Source of the DNA: Occultella glacieicola
GTDB taxonomy: Bacteria > Actinomycetota > Actinomycetes > Actinomycetales > Beutenbergiaceae
Assembly (NCBI RefSeq): GCF_004353825.1
Contig: NZ_SMNA01000009.1
Span: forward strand, 62,001 to 126,000
DNA: 64,000 bases
Direction of reading: 5' to 3'
The notes under the pieces are model-generated. The model saw only the letters and a program-made list of their open reading frames with translations. It ran no database searches and was not told the origin of the DNA. The translations under genes and the position numbers were made by a program. This document shows positions 9,251-17,419 of this stretch, one piece after another (position 1 is the first letter of the stretch; each line of letters opens with the position of its first letter).

Positions 9251-9858
9251 TGAGCCAGTACACGATCCCCAGTGTGATCGAGCGGACCACATCGGGGGAG
9301 CGGGCCGCCGACGTCTACTCCCGGCTGCTCTCGGATCGCATCGTGTTCCTCGGCACCGAGATTGACGACGGGGTCGCGAACACGATCATCGCCCAGCTGA
9401 TCCACCTCGAGTCGGTCGACCCCGATGGCGAGATCAACCTCTACATCAACTCACCCGGCGGCTCGGTCACCGCGATGCTCGCGATCTACGACACGATGCA
9501 GTTCGTGCGGGCACCCGTCGCGACGATCTGCGTGGGTCAGGCGGCGTCGTCCGCGGCGGTCCTGCTGGCGGCGGGGGAGCCGGGCCGGCGCGGGGCGCTG
9601 CCGCATGCCCGGGTGTTGCTGCACCCGCCGTCGATGGGCGGGCAGGGGGCGCTGCCGGACCTGCGCATCCAGGCCGCGGAGATCGCCCGGATGCGTGCCG
9701 AGGTGGATGAGATCCTGGCCCGGCACACCGGGCAGGACGCCGCGCGACTGTCCGAGGACACGTCGCGGGACCGGATCTTCACGGCGTCGCAGGCGGTCGA
9801 TTACCACCTGGTGGATGAGGTGGTCGCGATCAGAACCCGCGCAACCGCGTCACGCTGA
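9250..9858 (+). CDS. clpP: ATP-dependent Clp protease proteolytic subunit (ClpP4-like paralogue)
   Basis: [13 protein letters not shown]...[39 protein letters not shown] overlap with the first clpP. Confidence 0.93.
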   Translation: MSQYTIPSVIERTTSGERAADVYSRLLSDRIVFLGTEIDDGVANTIIAQLIHLESVDPDGEINLYINSPGGSVTAMLAIYDTMQFVRAPVATICVGQAASSAAVLLAAGEPGRRGALPHARVLLHPPSMGGQGALPDLRIQAAEIARMRAEVDEILARHTGQDAARLSEDTSRDRIFTASQAVDYHLVDEVVAIRTRATASR

Positions 9859-10252
9859 CCCGGACCACCTGGGAGTAGTCGGCGTGGAACTGCTCCGCAG
9901 TGAGGCCGAGGCCGCGGATGTCCGCGCCGTACTTCACGTCGTAGGCCGCCAGTTCGGTGCCGGCCAGGGGTCCCGGGTCGACGGCGGCGGTGCCGGTCAG
10001 GACCACCACGTCGCCGCCGCTCGCGGTGCTGTTGAAGGAGATGCTCGCGCCGGGGCGCGCGGCGAGGTTGCGCACCTTGTGCGTGTGCGGCTGGCTCGCG
10101 ATCAGGATGTCGGCGCCGGTCCAGCTGAACCACACCGGCGTGGGCTGCGGCACCAGCGAGGGTGAGATCGTGGTGAGCCAGGCGACGGTCTCGTCGGTGA
10201 GGCGGGCGACGGCCCGGGCGCCGAGGTCGGTCCTGGTGTCGATGGTGAACAT
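9830..10252 (-). CDS. PPOX-class F420-dependent oxidoreductase (Rv3369-like)
   Basis: Motifs VAWLTT...PQPTPVWF and KVRNLAARP; ends RLRGF. Confidence 0.85.
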   Translation of the reverse strand: MFTIDTRTDLGARAVARLTDETVAWLTTISPSLVPQPTPVWFSWTGADILIASQPHTHKVRNLAARPGASISFNSTASGGDVVVLTGTAAVDPGPLAGTELAAYDVKYGADIRGLGLTAEQFHADYSQVVRVSVTRLRGF

Positions 10253-10286
10253 GGTTCTCCGGGTGTCGGGGTCGTGTCCTCGGGCC

Positions 10287-10313
10287 AACGTCGCGGGCGC
10301 CGTCCTGAATTCC
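10287..10313 (-). promoter_or_regulatory. SigH/SigR-type ECF promoter candidate
   Basis: Minus strand reads GGAAT-N19-GTT(G), about 35 nt upstream of the PPOX gene start. Confidence 0.55.
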
Positions 10314-10333
10314 GGACCGGCCGGGTTGGATGC

Positions 10334-11008
10334 TCAGCCGCGCCGGGTCGAGCCGAGCCGGGCCGCGTCGAACTCGGCGAGCGAGCCGATCCGGCCGGCC
10401 ACCGGGACCCCGGGATCGGGCGTGTGGGAGTCGATGAACCACACACTCAAACCGGCCGCGTGGGCGCTACGGGCGCCACTGGCGGAGTCCTCGAACGCGA
10501 TGCTGATCGACGGGTCGATGCCGAGCCGGGAGGCCGCGAGCAGGTACGGCTCCGGGTCGGGCTTACCCCGCGTGACGTCCTCGGCGGCGGTCGCGAATGC
10601 GAGCGAACCGGGCGGCGCGGCCTCGAGCAGTGCGTCGGCGTTCGCCCGGCCGGCGTTCGTCACCAGCGCGCACGGGATGTCGGCCGCGGCGAGCGAGGAC
10701 AGCAGGTCGAGGGCCCCGGGCAACCAGGGCACGTCCTCGCGCACCACGGCGGCGACCATAGCCACGGCGTCGGCGATGATCACCTCGGCCGGGTTCGGAT
10801 GGCCGCGGCGGCGCATCGCACCGGCCCACTCGGTCATGGGCCGGCCGGTGTAAAGGGCACAGTCGGCGTCGGTCCACGCGATCCCACCCTCACCGGCGAG
10901 GCGACGCTGGGACCGGTGCCAGAGGGGTTCGGTGTCCACCAATGTGCCGTCCATGTCCACGAGCACTCCTGCGCCCGGGCGGAGCGCGACCGCCGGCTCA
11001 GGCGGCAC
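10334..11008 (-). CDS. HAD family hydrolase/phosphatase
   Basis: Motifs DMDGTLVDTE, LVTN, GKPDPEPY and FEDS. Confidence 0.9.
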   Translation of the reverse strand: MPPEPAVALRPGAGVLVDMDGTLVDTEPLWHRSQRRLAGEGGIAWTDADCALYTGRPMTEWAGAMRRRGHPNPAEVIIADAVAMVAAVVREDVPWLPGALDLLSSLAAADIPCALVTNAGRANADALLEAAPPGSLAFATAAEDVTRGKPDPEPYLLAASRLGIDPSISIAFEDSASGARSAHAAGLSVWFIDSHTPDPGVPVAGRIGSLAEFDAARLGSTRRG

Positions 11009-11498
11009 GAAGGACCGGGCCCTGCGTGCGCAGGGCGCGGGACACCCGCCCGGTCAGGGTGCCCAGGTCAAGTCCCAGGGACTGCCCGATGGCCTCGAGG
11101 ATCTCCGAGGAGGGCTCCTTGCGGCCGCGCTCGATCTCGGACAGGTACTGGGTGGAGACACCGGCCTGGGAGGCGACGTCGCCCTGGGTGCGGCCCTGGT
11201 CGCTCCGTTCGGCGCGCAGCGCGTGACCGACCGCCTCACGCCAAAGCAGAGGGCGGGGCTGTGCACCTCGGTCTCCGGGTCGTGGCGTGGACGACGGCGT
11301 CCGTGTGGGTCGATGGTCGGGTGTCGGCAGACGTCGAGGTGGTTCGATCTGCACCGGCTCGGGTAGGGGCGGTGCCGCCTGCCCCGGTGCTGCCGGTCCG
11401 GTTGCGACCCGCTCGGCCGGTTCGGGGCGGGCGCGCCGCACCCTGGGCCGCGCCGTCGTGGCGCGCCGGTCGGCCGGAAACTCGATGAGCTGTCCCAT
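10998..11498 (-). CDS. XRE-family HTH regulator, PopR/ClgR-like
   Basis: LWREAVGHALRAER...VSTQYLSEIERGRKEPSSEIL; C-terminus ends in RAA. Confidence 0.85.
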   Translation of the reverse strand: MGQLIEFPADRRATTARPRVRRARPEPAERVATGPAAPGQAAPPLPEPVQIEPPRRLPTPDHRPTRTPSSTPRPGDRGAQPRPLLWREAVGHALRAERSDQGRTQGDVASQAGVSTQYLSEIERGRKEPSSEILEAIGQSLGLDLGTLTGRVSRALRTQGPVLRAA

Positions 11499-11578
11499 GT
11501 CGGGCAGCCTAGGGACGGGAGCCGGGACGCGCCCGGATGTTCCCGCGGAGCGTAATCCAGCAGTGGCGCCGGGGATGG

Positions 11579-12700
11579 CTATGGCAGGCGCCGCTCCGGC
11601 GACGATGCACCGGCTGCCGCCGCCGGTGGGCGGGTGGAAGCCCGCACGACCAGCCGGGGCTCCACCTGGATGTGCGTGGGGGTCGGGGGTTCGGCCTCCT
11701 CGATCTGCTCGAGCAGGAGCCGGGTCGCGAGCAGGCCCACCCGTGGCCGGTCCGGCGAGACCGCCGTCAGAGGTGGGTCCACCAGAGCCGAGATCTCGTC
11801 GTCGTAGGCGATGATCGACAGCTCGTCCGGGATAGCGATCCCCTGGGAACGGGCGCTGTGGATCAGGGTCAGCAGCGAGTTCTCGTCGCCATGGCAGAAC
11901 AGCGCGGTCGCCCCCGTGGACAGCACCCGTTCCAGCACGATGTCGGAGCCGGTCTGGCCCCAACTGGGACCGGTCCCGAGTTCGTCCGCGCCGAGCATCG
12001 GCGAGCCGATGTCGAACCCGTGGCGTTCCACCGCCTCGCGCCACCCGCGGCGCACGAACTCCGCGCTCTGCGTCCGACCCCTGCCCACCATCGCCACCCG
12101 GCGGTGCCCGAGGTCGCGCAGGTGGGACATGGCGGCCTCGACGCCTCGCTCGTGCGCCGAACGCACAGTGTGCAGGTGCGCACCCAGGCCACCCGGCAGT
12201 TCGCGCTCGACGAGGACCGTGGGCAGCGCCAGGTCGGAGATCAGTTCCGGATATGCGGTATCCGTGTCGTCCAGGAGCAGTGAGGGCACCACGAGGAGTC
12301 CAGCCACGCCTCCCTCGACGAGTTGTGCGATGAGCCGGCGCTCCTCGTCGGGGTCGTAGTTCGAGATCAGCAGTCGCATCTCTCCGCCACTGCGCTCGAG
12401 CGCTGCGCCGATGCCCTGCGCGATGTGGCGGTAGTAGTAGGAGGTGGGCACCACCACCCCGATCGCACCGGTGAACCCGTTCGCGCCGGTCGTGACCCGG
12501 CCGCTGCCCAACTTCGACCCGTCGAGGAAGATCGCGCCACCGCGCACCTTCTCGAGCGCGTGGTCGGCGACCAGAGCGTCGAGGTCGCGGCGGACGGTCA
12601 CGTGCGAGACCCCGAGGTCCTCGACGAGCCGGGCGATCTCGACCGACCCGTCTTGCTCGGCCAGGGCCAGGATCCGCGACCTACGCTCGGCTGCGAGCAT
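11579..12700 (-). CDS. Transcriptional regulator: DeoR HTH fused to a LacI-type sugar-binding domain
   Basis: N-terminal MLAAERRSRIL...VSHVTVRRDL...KVRGGA; C-terminal IPDELSIIAYDD...PPLTAV. Confidence 0.88.
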   Translation of the reverse strand: MLAAERRSRILALAEQDGSVEIARLVEDLGVSHVTVRRDLDALVADHALEKVRGGAIFLDGSKLGSGRVTTGANGFTGAIGVVVPTSYYYRHIAQGIGAALERSGGEMRLLISNYDPDEERRLIAQLVEGGVAGLLVVPSLLLDDTDTAYPELISDLALPTVLVERELPGGLGAHLHTVRSAHERGVEAAMSHLRDLGHRRVAMVGRGRTQSAEFVRRGWREAVERHGFDIGSPMLGADELGTGPSWGQTGSDIVLERVLSTGATALFCHGDENSLLTLIHSARSQGIAIPDELSIIAYDDEISALVDPPLTAVSPDRPRVGLLATRLLLEQIEEAEPPTPTHIQVEPRLVVRASTRPPAAAAGASSPERRLP

Positions 12701-12808
12701 CGTTCCTCACTTTCTCGGGACCTGGATGCCACGGGCATCCGTGGCCCCACGGTATCCGAGTTGTCGCAAGAGTTGCGGTTGCGTGCCTTGCGCTGCGGAG
12801 ATGGCGCG

Positions 12809-13927
12809 TCAGGCGCTGCGCTCAAGGGTCCGCGGATCCACGGCGTGCCTGAGCGGCTCGCCGCGGCGGAAGCGCTCGAGCTCCTCGAGCGCGGAGTCCG
12901 CCAGCCGGTGTGCCTCCGCCTGCATCGATCCGGCGATGTGTGGCGTGAGCTCCACCGAGGGGAGTTCGAACAACGCCGAGTCGGTCGGCAGTTCCTCGGG
13001 GTCGGTCACGTCCAGGACGGCGCGGATGCGGCCGCTCCGGCAGTGCTCGATCAGGGCGGCGGTGTCCACGAGTGTGCCCCTGGCGGTGTTGATGAGCACG
13101 GCACCGTCGCGCATGAGCGCGAGCCGGTCGGCGTCGATGAGGTGGCGGGTCGCGGGCAGCGACGGCGCGTGCAGGCTGACGATGTCGCCGCACCGGAGGG
13201 CCTCATCGAGGCCGACCAACCGGGCCCCGAGCGACGCGGCCTCGGCTCGGCTCGCGTACGGATCGACGGCCAGCACGGTGAGGTCGAACGGGCGCAGCAA
13301 CGCGGCCACGCGCCGGCCCACGCGGGACAGCCCGACGAGGCTCACCACGCCTCCGTTGTTGATCGTCGGTGGGACGGAGGCTCGCCAGTCGCCGGAGATG
13401 TCACGGTGCGCGCGGTATCCGGCGGCATAGGTCCGGGCGCGCTTGCCCTCGAGCAGGATGGTCCCGACGGTGAACTCGGCGACCGGGATGGCGTTGGCAT
13501 CGGCCGCCGACGTGACGACCAGGCCGCGACTCCAGCACGCGGGGGAGATGTGGGCCTTCACGGAACCACCCGTGAAGAAGACGGTCGACAGCGCCGGGGC
13601 GGCGTCGAGTACCGCCGCAGTGATGGTCGGCGATCCCCAGCCGGTGATCAGGACCTCGGTCCGTGCGAGCCGATCCCGAGCCGCAGGTGAGGACACGTCC
13701 AGGGAGAGGAAGTCGACCGGGAGGCTGACGCCCCTGCGGAGCCGCTCGACCCGAGGTGGGTCGAAGAGCTCCCCGAAGGCGGCGTCGGACATCAGGACCA
13801 GGGCGTGCGGTCGGTCGGGCCTCGGCGCGTTGCCATCGGCGACGTCGCCGGTGCGCAAGGCCGCCGGCACGCCCGGTCCACCCAGGAGGGCGGGCCGGGT
13901 ACCGGCGTCATCAGCGGTGGTTGCCAT
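12809..13927 (-). CDS. D-isomer-specific 2-hydroxyacid dehydrogenase
   Basis: NAD-binding VGLSRVG, INTARG, LDVTDPE and TPHIAGS. Confidence 0.9.
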   Translation of the reverse strand: MATTADDAGTRPALLGGPGVPAALRTGDVADGNAPRPDRPHALVLMSDAAFGELFDPPRVERLRRGVSLPVDFLSLDVSSPAARDRLARTEVLITGWGSPTITAAVLDAAPALSTVFFTGGSVKAHISPACWSRGLVVTSAADANAIPVAEFTVGTILLEGKRARTYAAGYRAHRDISGDWRASVPPTINNGGVVSLVGLSRVGRRVAALLRPFDLTVLAVDPYASRAEAASLGARLVGLDEALRCGDIVSLHAPSLPATRHLIDADRLALMRDGAVLINTARGTLVDTAALIEHCRSGRIRAVLDVTDPEELPTDSALFELPSVELTPHIAGSMQAEAHRLADSALEELERFRRGEPLRHAVDPRTLERSA

Positions 13928-14113
13928 GGCAACAGTCCACCACATCGCGTCAGAAGTGCACAAGATCGAAACTTAGTGAAACTAATGCCTTGCGAAGATG
14001 GCGTGATTCGTGAATCATGGTGAGCGCACATCAGGGTGCCTACGTCCGATCGGAACCGCGCTCGTGTGCATCACCGTGCTGCACCGACGCAGCACACACA
14101 CTCTGGAGGCGAA

Positions 14114-15481
14114 ATGAAGGCACGAGCCAGACGGGTCCTCGGTGCTGCTGCTGCGATGGCACTGATGTCGGGAGCCGCCGCCTGTGGAACGTCGCCCGGG
14201 GCGGACCCGGACACGGTCGTCATCACGGTCATGGGCATGCCGGCCGCTACGAATACCGCCGCACTGGAACTCTTCCAGGCACAGGTCGCCGAGTTCGAGG
14301 AGCTCAATCCGGGGATCCGGGTGGTCGGCTCCGACGTTCCCTGGGATGCGAAGACGTTTGCCGCCCGGCTCGCGGGCGGAAGTGCACCGACCCTGCTCCG
14401 GGTGCCGCTCACCGAGCCGCCCTCGCTGATCGAGCGTGGCCAGGTGGCGGACATCGCGGCGGAGGTGGCCGAACTGGACAGCTTCGAGGAGCTGAACCCC
14501 CGGGTGATGCAGTTCCTGACGGACGATGACGCCGTGTACGGCGTCCCGGAGAAGAGCTACGCGTTCGGTCTCGTCTACAACCGCTCCATCTTCACGCAGG
14601 CTGGCCTGGATCCGGACGTCCCACCGACCACCTGGGAGGAGGTCCGTGCGTACGCGGCGCAGATCACCGAACGCACCGGCCGGGTCGGGTTCGGTGAGAT
14701 CACCACGAACAACAGCGGTGGCTGGCACCTGACCGGGTACACCTACACCCATGGCGGCGCCATGATCGAGCAGGCCGGCGACGGGCACTGGGTCGCGGCG
14801 TTCAACGACCGGCCGGCGCTGGACGTCCTCAAGTGGTGGCAGCAGCTGCGATGGGAGGACGACTCGATGGGTGACAACGTCCTCGGCAAACAGGAGGACA
14901 TGCTCGCCGAGTTCGTCGCCGGGAACGTCGGCATGTGGGTCTCCGCCCCACCGGACCTCTATCCGAACTATGTCGCGGCCGGTGGGGACCCGGCGGACTA
15001 CGGGGCGGGCCCGATGCCCCAGGCGGGTGCCGACGCGACGCTGGCCGGTGCGACGGTGCTGATGGTCAACGCGAACGCGTCCGCGGCCGAACGGGACGCG
15101 GCCGTGCGGTGGATCGACTTCCGTGCGCTCCGCCCGAACTTCGACCCGGAGATCGCCGAGGAGACGGCCGCCGCGGCCGCGGCGGACGGGCTGCCGGTCG
15201 GTGTCCCCGTCCTTCCGATCTACTCACAGGAGAAGTACGAGGAGATCCAGGCGGCCATCGCCGACCACGTCAACGTGCCCGTCGAGAACTTCGCCCCGTA
15301 CGTCGCCTCGCTCGAGACCTTCGAGTATGTGCCCGAACCGGTCGTGGCGTCGCAGGAGATCTACGCAGCACTCGATCCGCTCGTCCAGGCGGTGCTCACG
15401 GATCCGGCGGCGGATCCCGCCGAACTGCTCGCCGAAGCCGAGGGCCGTGTCAACACCATCCTGGAGCAGAACCAGTCATGA
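14114..15481 (+). CDS. Carbohydrate ABC transporter substrate-binding lipoprotein
   Basis: Signal peptide with lipobox-like AAAC; LVYNRSIF.QAGLDP..PPTTWEE; SD GGAGG. Confidence 0.9.
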   Translation: MKARARRVLGAAAAMALMSGAAACGTSPGADPDTVVITVMGMPAATNTAALELFQAQVAEFEELNPGIRVVGSDVPWDAKTFAARLAGGSAPTLLRVPLTEPPSLIERGQVADIAAEVAELDSFEELNPRVMQFLTDDDAVYGVPEKSYAFGLVYNRSIFTQAGLDPDVPPTTWEEVRAYAAQITERTGRVGFGEITTNNSGGWHLTGYTYTHGGAMIEQAGDGHWVAAFNDRPALDVLKWWQQLRWEDDSMGDNVLGKQEDMLAEFVAGNVGMWVSAPPDLYPNYVAAGGDPADYGAGPMPQAGADATLAGATVLMVNANASAAERDAAVRWIDFRALRPNFDPEIAEETAAAAAADGLPVGVPVLPIYSQEKYEEIQAAIADHVNVPVENFAPYVASLETFEYVPEPVVASQEIYAALDPLVQAVLTDPAADPAELLAEAEGRVNTILEQNQS

Positions 15482-16446
15482 CGATGGCACCGGAACGTGT
15501 CCTCGGGGTCGCCGCCAGCGGCCCCGGGGACGCCCGTGGTCACCGCTCGGACCGGCGGTCCGCGGGTCGTCGCGCCGGACGCCGGCGTGCCGCCGCGGCG
15601 GGATTGGTGTTCCTGCTGCCGGCCCTGGTGATCTTCGGATACTTCGCGTGGTGGCCGATCGCGCAGAGTGTGGTGCTGTCGTTCCAGCAGACGAACCTGG
15701 TCTCGGCGCCGCACTGGGTGGGCCTGCGCAACTTCGCGCAGCTGTTCGCCGATCCATTGCTGGCCACCGCCGCCCTGAACACACTGTGGTTCACCGGGTT
15801 GTCCCTCCTGGTCGGACTGCCGGTCCCACTGGTCTGCGCCGTGCTCGTCTCCGAACTGCGTCGCGGCGGCGCCCTCGCGCGCACGCTCGCGTACCTGCCG
15901 GTGGTGATCCCGCCGGTGGTTGCGGTGCTCCTGTGGAAGGCGTTCTACGCGCCCGGCGAGTCCGGCGTGATCAACAGCCTGCTCGGGCTGTTCGCGCTCG
16001 GGCCCTACCCGTGGCTGCAGTCGCCCGTCCTGGCGATGCCCAGCCTGGTGGTGGTCGCCACCTGGTCCGGTGCCGGGACGGCGGTCCTGATCTACCTCGC
16101 CGCGCTCGCCGGGGTGAGCAGGGAACTCTACGAGGCGGCCGAGCTCGACGGTGCCTCGGTGCGCCGCCGGGTCTGGCATGTGACCCTTCCACAGATGCGC
16201 GGCGTCATCCTGATCCTGCTCCTGTTGCAGATCATCGGTGCGCTCCAGGTGTTCACGGAGCCGTATGTGATGACGGACGGCGGCCCGGCCAACGCGACGG
16301 TGACGGTGCTGCTGATGATCTACCGGTACGCGTTCCTGTTCGGGAACTATGGCGTGGCCACGGCCCTGAGCGTGCTCCTGGCCCTGGTCCTGGTGGTGGT
16401 CTCGGCCGTGTACCTGCGGCTCACGCGTAGCTGGAGCACCTCATGA
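15478..16446 (+). CDS. Carbohydrate ABC transporter permease
   Basis: WVGLRNF and EAA loop ELYEAAELDGA. Confidence 0.92.
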   Translation: MTMAPERVLGVAASGPGDARGHRSDRRSAGRRAGRRRAAAAGLVFLLPALVIFGYFAWWPIAQSVVLSFQQTNLVSAPHWVGLRNFAQLFADPLLATAALNTLWFTGLSLLVGLPVPLVCAVLVSELRRGGALARTLAYLPVVIPPVVAVLLWKAFYAPGESGVINSLLGLFALGPYPWLQSPVLAMPSLVVVATWSGAGTAVLIYLAALAGVSRELYEAAELDGASVRRRVWHVTLPQMRGVILILLLLQIIGALQVFTEPYVMTDGGPANATVTVLLMIYRYAFLFGNYGVATALSVLLALVLVVVSAVYLRLTRSWSTS

Positions 16447-17333
16447 CGTCCGGCCCGGCGCCCGTGCGTGGCATCCTCTCCTCCGCGGACTGGCGACACT
16501 CCGCGACCCGGCGGACCTGGCGCCTGCTGCATGCTGTGCTGTTCGCGGGCCTGGTCGCGTTCGGCGCCCTGCCCCTGGTCTGGATGTGGCGGGCCTCGAT
16601 CTCGAGTACCGCCGACCTGGTGCAGCGTCCGCTCGCCCTGTGGCCGGACCCGGCCCGGTGGAGCAATCTGTATGACGCCTGGAGCCTGCTCGGGATCGAC
16701 AGATATCTCCAGAACACAGTGGTGCTCGTGGCCGGCTCGTGGCTGGTCCAGCTGATCGTCGCGACCACGGCGGGTTTCGCGCTCGCGGTCATCCGGCCGT
16801 GGTTCGGCAGATTCGTCTACGGAGCGCTGCTCGCCACCTTGTTCGTTCCGGGCACCGTCACGCTGATCGCGCTCTACCTCACGGTGCTCGACCTGCCCGG
16901 ACTCGGGATCTCGATCGCCGACACGCCGTGGGCGATCTGGCTGCCGGCCGGGGCGCATGCCTTCAACGTGCTGCTCGCGAAGCAGTTCTTCGACGCGATC
17001 CCCAGGGAGCTCTTCGAAGCGGCCCAGGTCGATGGCGCGGGGTGGCTGGTCGTGTTCCGTCGGCTGGTGCTGCCGATGTCGCGCCCGATCCTCGCGGTGA
17101 TCTCGCTGCTGGCCATCATGACCGCGTGGAAGGACTTCCTCTGGCCCCTCGTCGTGCTCTCGGACCCCGCCCAGCAACCGCTCGCGGTCGCCCTGCCTCG
17201 CTTGGCCCAGAACACCGATCCTGCCTACCTGGTCGCCGGTCTGGTCATCGCCAGCGTTCCGCCCTTGGTGATCTTCCTGATCTTCCAACGGCAGATCGTC
17301 AGCGGTGTCGGCTGGAGCGGGCTGAAGGGGTGA
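16443..17333 (+). CDS. Carbohydrate ABC transporter permease
   Basis: FFDAIPRELFEAAQVDGA and WKDFLWP; ends GLKG. Confidence 0.92.
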   Translation: MTSGPAPVRGILSSADWRHSATRRTWRLLHAVLFAGLVAFGALPLVWMWRASISSTADLVQRPLALWPDPARWSNLYDAWSLLGIDRYLQNTVVLVAGSWLVQLIVATTAGFALAVIRPWFGRFVYGALLATLFVPGTVTLIALYLTVLDLPGLGISIADTPWAIWLPAGAHAFNVLLAKQFFDAIPRELFEAAQVDGAGWLVVFRRLVLPMSRPILAVISLLAIMTAWKDFLWPLVVLSDPAQQPLAVALPRLAQNTDPAYLVAGLVIASVPPLVIFLIFQRQIVSGVGWSGLKG

Positions 17334-17347
17334 CCGGCTGAGCAGCG

Positions 17348-17374
17348 GCGGGTGCCGGCATGGTCGGCACCCGC
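17348..17374 (+). terminator. Hairpin after the sugar ABC operon
   Basis: GCGGGTGCCGGC-ATG-GTCGGCACCCGC stem with one G-U pair; no U-tract. Confidence 0.55.
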
Positions 17375-17403
17375 GATGCTGCTCTGCCGACCGCGAGGTA
17401 GGA

Positions 17404-17419
17404 TCGAACGTATGTTCGT
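17404..17419 (+). promoter_or_regulatory. LexA box overlapping the dnaE2 start codon
   Basis: TCGAAC-GTAT-GTTCGT; -10 TAGGAT at 17399-17404; ATG at 17412. Confidence 0.85.

Noticed and set aside
11506..11527. PafBC-like motif before the PopR-like gene (TCCCGG-N10-TAGGCT), and near matches before 23803 and 37931
   Set aside because: Two mismatches or wrong spacing in the TGTCGG element; likely by chance in GC-rich DNA.
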